Shown: positions 41,890 through 53,520 of the stretch, in pieces | How positions within the stretch are numbered: the stretch's first letter is position 1 | Layout: every line of letters begins with the position of its first letter | Assembly: GCA_951406725.2 (NCBI GenBank) | Contig: OX597833.1 | Coordinates: 69,254,001 to 69,318,000, forward strand | Direction of reading: 5' to 3' | Origin: Octopus vulgaris | Taxonomy: Eukaryota | DNA: 64,000 bases | The notes under the pieces: generated by a model | The model's input: the letters and a program-made list of their open reading frames with translations, nothing else | The model's database searches: none | Told to the model about the DNA's origin: nothing | Position numbers and translations under genes: made by a program

Positions 41890-42057
41890 ATCATTGGATT
41901 CAGGTCATGCTGGAGTACCATGTGGTAGCGTTTCATCGAACAAATTCACTCCGGAACTTATCTTTTTGAATGTGATATTAATTCTATCAATATCTTTTGC
42001 CGAACTGCTATGTTACAGGGAAATAATAATATCACCGGTTCTCAAGCGAGGCGGGGA

Positions 42058-42104
<47 letters not shown>

Positions 42105-42250
42105 GGGCCAGGCCAATGAATAGCTCATGAGTGAATTTGGCAGACAGAAACTGTGTGGAATCATGAGCTATTCATTGGCCTGGACCATAGCTATAAGCAC
42201 TATTCCAATGTTTCGTAGAACGGAAGTGAAGCAAAACCTTCCTGTTTGGT
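41890..42250 (-). mobile_element. SINE group B, old copy with an internal inversion/duplication
   Basis: catgctggagtacc, ctttTgccgaactgcta and ggggacaaacac match group B. The segment 42102-42160 is in the opposite orientation. Confidence 0.7.
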
Positions 42251-42269
42251 GAAACAACTTGAAATATTA

Positions 42270-42845
42270 TATTATCATATCGTTTCTACCTCTAGGAACA
42301 AAGCCCGAAATATTGCGGCAAGGATCAAGTCGATTACAGCGACCCCTGTGCACCACGAAAGGATGAATGTTAAAGTCGACCGCGGCGAAATTTGAACTCA
42401 GAGCATAAAGAGGAACGAATACCTATTTCTATTTCTTTACTACCCACAAGGGGCTAAACACAGAGGAGACAAACAAGGACAGACAAACGGATTAAGTCGA
42501 TTATATCGACCCCAGTGCGTAAGTGATACTTAATTTAGCGACCCCGAAAGGATGAAAGGCAAAGTCGACCTCGGCAGAATTTGAACTCAGAACATAAAGA
42601 GGGACGAAATCCGTATTTCGTTACTACCCACAAGGGCCAAACACAGAGGGAACAAACAAGGACAGAAAAATGGATTAAGTCGATTACATCGACCCCAGTG
42701 CGTAACTGGTACTTATTTAATCGATACCGAAAGGATGAAAGGCAAAGTCGAACTCGGCGGAATTTGAACTCAGAACGTAGCGACAGACGAAATACAACTA
42801 AGCATTTTGTACGGCACGCTAATAGTTCTACCAGCTCGCCGCCTT
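42270..42845 (-). mobile_element. Tandem trimer of SINE group A
   Basis: Three consecutive aaagtcgac..cggc..aatttgaactcag blocks (~42373, ~42561, ~42744). Only the last carries a complete head (ccagctcgccgcctt). Confidence 0.9.
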
Positions 42846-43399
42846 ATATTTCAGTATCATATTGAAGCATACATCTAAGTGTCTGTCTCTGTGGGAAACA
42901 TTTAGTTGACTTAACCTGTTATACCAATTTTCCTACAGTCAGTAGTGATCTGTTTCCTTCATATCCATCACTTTTTCTATATCTTCTCGACTGACATTTC
43001 TACAGTATCACCATTTTAATTTGTATTTTCTTTTTGTATGATTATATGTTTTATTGGACTTTTTTCTACTTCCCACAGTTTTTCTGGTCAAATCTTTATA
43101 ATTACTATCTGTCAAAGACTTTAACTACTTTTTATCACTTTACTCTGCATTTTTCATCTATGATGTATTTCACAATTTTCCTGTTTTCAAAAAAAAATTT
43201 CACTTTTCATTTCTTTTTTTTAATTCGATACATTTTTCCAAGAAATTATTTTCACTTTCTGATCAAAAGTGTTAGGTCGCATTTAATGTGTATGCTAAAT
43301 ATTGTAAACACTTGAATTATTCTAAAAACTATCTACACGCGCAGAGAACTTTATATAAGCGCACATGCGTTCCTTACTACCTAATTATATGTATGCATG

Positions 43400-43775
43400 G
43401 ATGGATGGTGGAAGGAAGGAGGGAAGAACGTCTAAAGCAGCAGAGGATTCCAGGATTTGTAGTTCGATCCCTGATGCAGCAAAATTGTGGGAAGAACTTG
43501 CATTCCAAAAAGCGACAGGTAAATATATCTGTATATTGGTTTATAAAATGAGGACACGCAACCCTGGACTGACGACGGGCAAGACCCAGAAACGTTTATG
43601 TCTCCAGGCTGCTAGTTCTAGCTGGTGGGGGTGCTTGCCTCCCCTCTGCACATATAAGGACAGAGGAAATGTGTCAAAGCCGACAGGAAGCGTAGATGCT
43701 TCCTAGGGCTATATAACTGTGGTGTGATTCCCTTTACGGGCCTGTCACGTTATGTTGGACTTTATGCAACTACTC
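43400..43775 (+). mobile_element. Penelope-like 3' end/pLTR carrying a hammerhead, homologous to the arms of the 21441-21862 palindrome, ending in (CT)n(TA)n
   Basis: gtgtcaa..c.acaggaa...ttcctagggcta.ataac.gt.g...ttcccttt...ggg.ct.tcac.tta.gttg is shared with 21763-21850. Upstream FVVRSLMQQNCGKNLHSKKRQVNISVYW weakly resembles a GIY-YIG C-terminus. Confidence 0.7.
43563..43608 (+). ncRNA. Type I hammerhead ribozyme motif
   Basis: cctgga-CTGACGA-c-ggg(caaga)ccc-a-GAAAC-gtttat-GTC-tccagg: perfect 6-bp stem I, intact core and GUC triplet. Activity is untested. Confidence 0.8.
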
Positions 43776-43777
43776 TT

Positions 43778-43851
<74 letters not shown>

Positions 43852-45179
43852 TGTGTTTTGATAGAAAGATATAGGGAGAGAGAGAATTCATGTATCGACC
43901 CATCCATCAGGAACCATCAGATGCCGTTGTACACCTCTGGTCTCAGTTTGCCGATTCCAATTCTATCTGGATTACACCATTGTTTTGCATCTTGATAAAA
44001 TTGCTTTACTAAACATTTCCCCACCACAACCACCACCATCGTGGAAACAATCCAAATGGCATTTTTGAATATCTTGGACACCACTGGAAAACTCCACTCT
44101 CTCCACGTCTATTAGCTACTCTGTGCTTTCATTATGTCACATGTTTCTCCTCAAAACAATTTGCTTTCTTCCACCTCAGCAACCACTTCCTGATGTTGTC
44201 CCTCATCTATTTCCTTAAGATATTCGTCTGCTATTCTAGTGAACCAATACGTTCTGTACAAAACCTTTGTGTCACGCATCATTACTTTCCAATTTAGCAT
44301 TTCATGCCACCTCCCTTTGTCACAATTCTCCGTGTGCTGTTTGCTTTCCCCCTCACTTCTAATACTCTCTCCCCATTCAATTTATTTTCACTGCTTCGCC
44401 TCCTTACATTTTTCTCTCTCTCATTATCCTATTTAATCGCTCCAGTTCCTTCCGTGTCTTTTCCAACTTCAATCGCATCCTCTTCCTCTACCCTGGCTCT
44501 TTCGCTTCCTCCCACCTTTTTTCCTCAACATTTCTCTATTGTTACATCACTACTATATATATTCGCCTATTTAATAGTTCTTTACTGTCTACATTCAACG
44601 TCGTATATCCTCCGGTTATTTTCTTCAATACGCTACATGATATTCTTAATGTGACTGCATTAAATTCCATCTGACGACATTAAATATCATCCCATTTTTT
44701 TAATTGTCATGCGCTAATTATGATGTTTCTTCTTTACATTTCTTCTTGCAAAGTGTATTTGGCAACAATGATTATATATATGTTTCGAGTATAATTTAGA
44801 CTATATCATTATCTGCCGATAGTATATCTGTGCTCTTTACGTTTTAGCTTTTAGCATCCATGATGTTCTAAACTTGCTTTGCTTACGTTAGAAATGCGTT
44901 GCTGTTTCCGCTCAAAAACGAAATCACAAAGAATTTCAAAAATAGGATTTTAAACAATTAAGTTAATCGTGTTATTTTTTCTTTGAAATTAGGGCGTCAG
45001 GATATCGTCATTGACACTGTGTGCTTTTTCTCCTTCTTCAAGTGAATATACAGCATACATACATATATACACAAACATACACACAGCTACATATCTATCT
45101 ATATATATATATATATAATTGTGTATGAGTGTAAATGTATACACACAGACACACATATATACAGATGTTAATGTATATA

Positions 45180-45250
<71 letters not shown>

Positions 45251-45719
45251 ATAGAGAGATATACCTTTACATATACATATGTATATGTGTGCGTGTGTGT
45301 AGACAGATCACTAGTGACTGTAGGAAAATGGGTATAACATTTTAAGACAACTAAATGTTTCCCACAGAGACAGACACTTAGACGTATGCTTCAATATGAT
45401 ACTGAAATATAAGGCGGCGATCAGATAGAACTATTAGCGTGCAGGACAAGATTTTTAGCGGTATTTCGACCCTTTTACGTTCTGAGTTCAAATTTCGCAT
45501 ACAAACACATACAAGCATATATATTAGCAATAATGAAAATGATATAAAACATGGAGATTTGTTCATCCTCAAAATTTATCCTCTCTTACTTTATACCATA
45601 TTTTTTATGGTCATTACGTCCTACGCGTATTTCAGCAACTCAGATTACGAGCGATAACAGAAGCAACACGGCACGATCTGCGGCTTAGCTGTCAGTTCAC
45701 GGACTTCATATTACCTTAT

Positions 45720-45925
45720 GTTGCATTCAAATTTGGCAAAAGGTCAGCAATGTCGAGGGAGGGGTAGGGGCCAGTTGATAAGAAAAACCCTAGTACTCGG
45801 CTAGTACTTGCTTTATCGATCTGAGAAAGGATGTAAATCAAAGTAGATCTCGGTGCAAATTGAACTTGAGAAGGTAAAAATGGTCGAAATTCCGGCAAGA
45901 ATTTTGTCCGGCGTGCTCCTGGAAG
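45720..45925 (-). mobile_element. SINE group A, old diverged copy
   Basis: ctttatcgatctgagaaaggatg...aaagtagatctcggtgcaaattgaactt. A plus-strand head fragment also lies at 45410-45497. Confidence 0.65.
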
Positions 45926-46726
45926 CTCACTGCTCTGTCGTAACTGACGTTGCAAAGCAGACATCTCGATTTGGTATCCCCTACTTTTGTCTGTCTTCTA
46001 AACATAGAGACAAAATCGCATAGCTACTGAGCAGCCACAATTTTTCACACCAGCACGGTATTTCTATATAAATGTCTATTTCTAGTCAGACAGTTCCCAA
46101 AAGCTAAACCAACTGAAAAATATGAACGCATACAGCATTTCACTGTTGTGCGCCATCAGAGCTTAAGCTACTATCAAGAGACTTTCTTGAAACATTCAAA
46201 GTTCTAGATTTGAGTTGTACAATCCATGCAGCTTTCGGTTACAAAACTTTATTCTTTGCAATAACATACAAAGATCTTTGAACAGAACTTTCTACTCAAA
46301 GATATCTCAGGTAAATACGAAGGTAAAGTTAAATTAATATGAAAGTTTGTTCAAGTAACTTCAAAGTGTTTCGTACCAAAATGAAATTATCAATTCCCAC
46401 TAAGTTTTACCGATAAATTTTAAATTCCACAACAATATTATTTATGCCTATTGTATAAATTGGCGTTTAATTCATTTGTGCAATTCTATTTTTAAAACGT
46501 CACCATTGAATATGAACAGCATTATTATACGATTGGAATCCCATTATTAGAATATTATTTCGATAATAATTATCAGATTAATTTAATTGTCTATATATAT
46601 GGCATTGGGGTAATTGTAAAACAAATATATGTAAATGTATTATAAGCAGGTGAATATAATTCAGTAATTTGTATTTATCTGTTTAAGTGATTTCTACTCA
46701 TTTCACTTCAAGTTAACATAGATACC

Positions 46727-46870
46727 TTTCCCATTGGGCCTTTCCGACCGCCTCCGTTGTGTATATGTATGTGTGCGTTTGTGTGTATGTGCTTGTATAT
46801 ATGTGTGCGGGTGTGTAGTGTGTATATCTATATATACATTAATATCATATACTTTCACACACACACATGC

Positions 46871-46938
<68 letters not shown>

Positions 46939-47106
46939 TAAATTAGAGACAAAACCACTATTATGCAAATCAAACAAAGAAAGACTTAAGCCAATACATA
47001 AATATATATAAATACACACTACACACCCGCATACATATATACAAGCACACACAAACGCACACACACATATACACAACGGAGGCGGTCGGAAAGCCCCAAT
47101 GGGAAA
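46727..47106. repeat. ~110-bp inverted repeats enclosing (TA)n and a ~65-bp unique spacer
   Basis: tttcccattgggcctttccgaccgcctccgttgtgtatatg...gcgggtgtgtagtgtgtat versus atacacactacacacccgc...catatacacaacggaggcggtcggaaagccccaatgggaaa. Confidence 0.9.
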
Positions 47107-47107
47107 T

Positions 47108-47203
<96 letters not shown>

Positions 47204-47205
<2 letters not shown>

Positions 47206-47400
47206 TGTGAAGGCAATGAACAAGTGAACAAATGCAGACATAACATAGCAGGGAGTGATTTATCAAGTATGGTATTTGCTGAATTCATAAAAAGGAAGAC
47301 AAAAAGGCTTCACTTTTCGGACGTTATTCCTTCATCAGAAGAAATTTACAGAAGATAACTCAGGAAGGATTGTGGAAAAGAAGAAAAGACGTATAAGTTT
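47204..47400 (-). mobile_element. Penelope-like terminal fragment with a degenerate HHR core, ending in (CA)n
   Basis: Minus strand ctt-CTGATGA-a-gga(ataacg)tcc-GAAA-agtg-aag at 47308-47341. The cleavage triplet is not canonical. Confidence 0.5.
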
Positions 47401-48432
47401 TATCTGCAGAAACCTCATTTCAGAATTCTCGTCCGCGAGTCAATGAGGTAATATATTTATATACAAAATTTAGAAATTATTCAACGAGATGAAAGCTAAT
47501 ACAAAGCAATTTCGTTAAGAGACAATAACTATAAAATTAAAGGCTCTTTATTATGTAATCGGCAGACATTTTTGCATATTTTTCAAAACATTGATTTATT
47601 ACCATAGAGCTAAATTAGATGCTAATGACTGCTTAAAATAGGAACCTTATATAACAATGTTCATCTATCGGGAAATACAACTACTACGAACATGACTACG
47701 TGTTTTTGCATATTCGAATACACTCAAATGATTTGATGGTTCCTAATAATAATTTATAAACTGCAGATGTATTTCGACAAATTTGTGTCAGGTAATCATT
47801 CAGGATTTCTCAATATAGATTTATGTTGATTAAATATTAACTTAAATGTATTTTTAGACAAGCCGATATAACACATAGAACCTGAAAAGTTAGTTATAAA
47901 CACTTTCAGGCAATGAAATATCGATTTAGACAGAAATTGTTTAATGTAGATGAAGAATTGGTCATAGTTCGCAGTTTAACGATTTTTGCAATGTGAAACT
48001 GAAAGTTAATTTAATACTTTTTTCTATTAAATATTTTCAATTTTTTTCGGACTGTAGTTTATCTAATGAATTAATTTTAGCGATATCTGTAAACACATAA
48101 AATTTAATCGCTGCAGTAAACCGAAATGCTTTTCTTCCTAATTCTGGGACCCAATTAATGTTGCTTATGCCATAAATATTTTTCAAACTACTGAGATTTA
48201 AATCTTCATTATTATGATGGATCGCTTTGTCAAAGAACACTAAATCAGATAAAATATTGAATAAATTGTATACTAAAATTTTCGCTGAATTATAATAAGT
48301 TATTGTTTTAAGGTTACACTTATGTATTGTAAATTTGCATTTAACTTCTGACTACACGCACTCACACGCACACAAACACACACTCATACACATACATATA
48401 ATAATAATAAAAAAAAATAAAAATAATAATAA

Positions 48433-48463
<31 letters not shown>

Positions 48464-48465
48464 AA

Positions 48466-48517
<52 letters not shown>

Positions 48518-48672
48518 TATTATGTATTTTAATTTAACTTTAAAAAAATGAACGAACTAGTGAGTTTAGTTTAATAGCCTACCAATGTATACTATGAGTT
48601 TCTTTGCCCTAAGAGTCGGGAAGACACTCGGCAAGAAATGGAAGCAAATTTAAAAGAAGAAGAAAAAAAAAG

Positions 48673-48853
<181 letters not shown>

Positions 48854-48865
48854 CTATTATTCCTG

Positions 48866-48958
48866 TTTGGAACCCTGCGATGGAAGTTCCATGTGCATAT
48901 AGGTGCTTGTGGTTCCGCCACTATATTCAAATTGGAATCTCCATCGCAGAGTTCCAAA
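48866..48958. other. ~93-nt imperfect hairpin (about 37-bp stem)
   Basis: tttggaaccctgcgatggaagttccatgtgcatatag pairs with ctatattcaaattggaatctccatcgcagagttccaaa around an 18-nt loop. Confidence 0.85.
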
Positions 48959-49627
48959 TAACCATAATGGTGAAATGCGCATAGGAACATCTGTTGATCT
49001 TTATTTTCCTTATTTTTGGTCTGTAGCTTATGACTTGTATCACGGTATGAACCAGACCATGAGATACTGTTTTTAACCCATAGCCTCAATGCGCTTCCAG
49101 TTCTGTGTTTATTGCGACATTTTTTCCCGTCTTCACCCAATTTGTTAAACTAAATCTTCCTCCCATTTTAGTGGAAGCCTTTCATTTTACCTATTCGTAT
49201 CCCTTGGATACCACTCGGTCACTGTTCAGCTCCACCTGTTATACCTGAATTATGAGAAATGTCCGGTCCAGCAGAACTTGTATTTTCACACCGCTCTGTT
49301 CCCCAATCATATAATATACACCTGCAAAATTCTAGAAATTATAAGTTTCACTTTCATCAATGTATATTATATTTGAGCCTTTGTCTGAGGAAATACGAAG
49401 AGATGTTTTCCTCTATTTCGATACAGTTCTAGTAACTGATCAAACTTCTCACAATCTTTCTTCCGGACAAGTACAGCCTCTCGTTGTAACTCTTACAGTG
49501 GAAGGCTCCGTGTATTGTCAATACTTTTCTTGTCTTTGTATCGCTTTTTCCTCATTATAACAATAATAATAATGATAATAATAATAATAATAATAATAAC
49601 AATAATAATAATAATAATAATAATAAC

Positions 49628-49665
<38 letters not shown>

Positions 49666-49776
49666 TAATAATAATAATGATTATTATTATTATCATTATC
49701 ATTATTGTTGTTGTTGTTGTTCTAGTTATTATTATATGTATTTATTTATATATATATATATATTGAATATATATGT

Positions 49777-49973
49777 GATCTCTTGAGCACCACCAGCAAA
49801 AATTTTTTTTCCTCTGTCTTCCCTTTTTGGGATCTTTCCTTCTCCTTGTTTCCGACGAAGAGCTCCGCTCGAAACGTTAAACCCTCCTTCCCTTCTTTCC
49901 TGAGCGTCAAATAATACTTTAATTGTTCCACGTCCTCGCGTTGCTGTGTTTTTTCTGTGTTTTCTTGTTTGGA

Positions 49974-49980
<7 letters not shown>
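49777..49980 (+). mobile_element. Short Penelope-like terminal element in (TA)n with a minimal HHR-like core
   Basis: gttt-CCGACGA-a-gagc(tcc)gctc-GAAAC-GTT-aaac at 49848-49882, with (TA)n on both flanks. Confidence 0.65.
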
Positions 49981-50024
<44 letters not shown>

Positions 50025-50026
<2 letters not shown>

Positions 50027-50235
50027 TTATGTGTCTGTGTTTTCGCCCCAACGCCATCATTGGTTGACAGCTGATGTTGGTGCGTTTACGCCGCCCTTAT
50101 CGGTTCAGTTAAAGGGGCCGATAGAATATTAGACTTACAAAGAAGTCCTGGGGTCGTTTCGTACGACGAAAGGCAGTGCTCCTGCATGGCCGCAGTCAAA
50201 TGACTGAAACCAGTACGAGACTGAAAGAATAGAGA
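50025..50235 (+). mobile_element. SINE group B, 3' half
   Basis: ccgatagaatattagacttacaaagaagtcctggggtcg...gcatggccgcagtcaaatgactgaaac. Confidence 0.8.
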
Positions 50236-50382
50236 AATATGTACGTATGTGTATATGTGTGTATATATATATACATACACACCTTCATATATTGCGTCTG
50301 TAGTTTTCTGTGTATACATACATATGTACACATGTGTATATTTGTACGTATGCTTCCAAACGCACACCAAGTGCACATGTTC

Positions 50383-50439
<57 letters not shown>

Positions 50440-51998
50440 GTTGAGAGTTTTATTGCTTAGGTCAGGTGATAGCTTTTCTTGTCTGTTTTCAATAACTTAC
50501 GTCTGCTGTTTGTTTATTAGTTGTCTGTTGTTTGTCGTTAATGCTTCGTCTCTTCGGGTCGTGTTTTTAATTTTCTCTTTCTTCTCCAATGTAACTCTAT
50601 TCAATTTGTGTTGACATTAGGCTTTTCCCCAGCTTAATTGATTTTACGGGACACTAGAACATATTACCTTGTTGTCTACAAATGTTTGTAATTATTTTGG
50701 TTTTTGTTTCGTTTTAAATTTGTGTTTCTCTTTAAGTCTTTTTCCAATCATTTTAAACGTTCTTTATATGTGTGAAAAGTGAATGACTTTTTTTTATCTA
50801 GAACATTTTTGTTTAGTTTAACATGAAAAATACTCTAAGATGAAATATACCTTTATGTAGAAACGCATGTATTTTATTTCAAATAAATTTCCAACCATCT
50901 TCCAAACTTCCGTGCTAAAATTTCACACTTTGTTCTGCCGATGTGTCGCTGAGTGCAATCGAATATCTTCGGGAGTCTTCTGCAAAAGACTCGTCTAACG
51001 TGACATTTCACAATAACTTTAGTTTAACGCTGCAGTATTAAGTCTATTTTTACATGAAATACTTCACTACAGTTATATGTTTAATAAGATGAGGGTTTAT
51101 TAAACTGTTGGTGTCAGCTTTGACAGAAATGAATAAGTATTCAATATTTGCATGCACTAAAGTGTCGACGGTTGAATCTGAGTGTTCATAGGCGCTATAT
51201 TTTTCTCTATAAAACTTATAAGGAACACACATACATGCATACATACATACACACACAAACATGCACTCATACAGTGATTCAGTTTTACGGTTTTAGTCTA
51301 TAATGTACTATTTTTCTACTCGGTACATAATAAACGAGTTACCTGCAGATTATTTTGTATTAATTGTCTGCGATAAAAGATATAAAATAAATTAGACTTT
51401 TTTCCCCAAAAACCGACGTGGGATGATACATTTTTATGGAGAGTTATGGTGAGGCCTGGGCTGGATGTAACAGTTTGGGAAACAATGATGTGGAGGAAAC
51501 TGAATAAGACGTCCGTTTACAACAATACTAATAAAATCAAAGGTGAGTAGGTGTCATTACCTATCATTAAAGTCAGAGCTGAGCATAAATATTCCGGACA
51601 CAGGTGTTTTAGCTGATTTCTAGAGTGCAAGATACCTATAACCTGACCAACCTGTCGATATCGGTTATATCAAAAATCACACCTTGCTGCAAACATATTT
51701 GGCACCTTCTGTATTACGTGCAGGTGTGTCAGAGAATATACTGTTATTTCGTTATATTGATCATCCAAAAACACACACACACACGCACACACATGTGCGT
51801 GTGTGTGTATGCATGTGTCTGTGTGGGTTGGTGTGTGTGTTTGTGTATGTGTGTATGTGTGTGTGTGTGTGTGTGTGTGTCCAAAAACTGCAAATTATTC
51901 AACGTGCATATAATCTTCACAGGAAAACTGAAAGACTGCACGTTCCGGATCAATATTTTCATTTCTTCGCGTGCATTCGTCTAAACTCACCAGCGTTC

Positions 51999-52072
<74 letters not shown>

Positions 52073-52473
52073 GTGTGTGTGCGTGTGTATGTGTGTATGT
52101 ATGATGAATGCAACCTCGTGTTCGGCAATAACCATCGCCTGATCGAAAGTCCCACACATGCAAAGGCTATGGCCATGGGTATTTGTGACAGGTCTCACAA
52201 TTTTCAAGCGATACATACACGTGAGGAATTTTTATAGCGGAGAAGAATTTCAGCAGAAGCAATCCTTGTTCCTCAATACGGACGACATAAACTAGAACAG
52301 AAGAACTATTCTTCATCATCGTCTGTAGGCACGTATGTATGCGCGAGGACGTGGAAATATCTGGGTTGGTGTCTCTGGGCGTGGTTAGCCTACTACGACT
52401 GGGAGCACCCCTCTCTTTTTGTCAAAACTTCTCCTTAGGGGAGAGAAACTCTGGAGGACAACCTACGACACTG

Positions 52474-52476
<3 letters not shown>

Positions 52477-52534
<58 letters not shown>

Positions 52535-52632
52535 TATATACATACATAAATATATATATAAATACATATATATATACATATATATATATATGCATACATA
52601 TGTATATATATATATACATACATACATATGTA

Positions 52633-52672
<40 letters not shown>

Positions 52673-52699
52673 CATATATATATACATATATATATACAT

Positions 52700-52744
<45 letters not shown>

Positions 52745-52816
52745 TATATATGTATATGTATATATATATATATTTATATATGTATATATGTATATATATA
52801 TATATATGTATATATA

Positions 52817-52857
<41 letters not shown>
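52477..52857. repeat. Long (TA)n/(TACA)n array
   Basis: Directly visible. Confidence 0.95.
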
Positions 52858-52858
<1 letters not shown>

Positions 52859-53279
52859 TATACAATCGCATGATACACTCTCCCAGTAATTATATCAGAT
52901 AATAAAAACTCTCTTTTATATATTATCGTATTATCATATCGATAATGGTATACATTTTTTGCCAAGCACTATTGCAATTGATTTTTTTGCACACAAGATT
53001 TCATAAAACAAATCCATAATATTGTCAGAAATACTTTTCTTTTTACTATATATAAGTTTTATTTCTTGATTTTCTTTTCTTACCACACTTTCTGAAAAAT
53101 TATTCCCGTCGTTGTTTTCCCCTTATTCGCAGTCATACAATTCTACTTTTTACTCTAATTTCCTTTGGAAGAAACTTTCATTTTTAAGATATTCTAATGT
53201 TTATTTCTAATTCCGGTTGGCTTTGGTTAACGCATAGCAATCAAATACAAAAGGGTCACACAATATTTTAGTGGATTTT

Positions 53280-53520
53280 ATCTTTTATCTTTTAGCTGTT
53301 TTATTCATTGTATTTCAACCATTCTGGAGCATCGCCTTAATGGGTTTTAATCGGACAAATGGACTCCCCTTTGTCCTTCGTAGATTATTTTGTAGCATCA
53401 TATTGGTACAGAGGACGTAAAGATGCTAAATCTACTCACAAGGCTTTAGACGGCCCAAAGCTGTAACAGAAGATACTTGCCCTTAATTCCACGGAGCGGG
53501 ACTTGAATTCCGAACCATGA
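53280..53520 (-). mobile_element. SINE group B, old deleted copy
   Basis: ctggagcatcgcctt and aaatctactcacaaggcttt...agaagatacttgccc match group B. Confidence 0.65.

Noticed and set aside
51390-51548. Open frame ending at an AG|GTGAGT donor-like site (other donor-like sites near 9783, 17911 and 56433)
   Set aside because: No good acceptor or recognisable peptide, and a handful of such 7-mers is expected by chance in 64 kb. A small or non-coding exon cannot be excluded.
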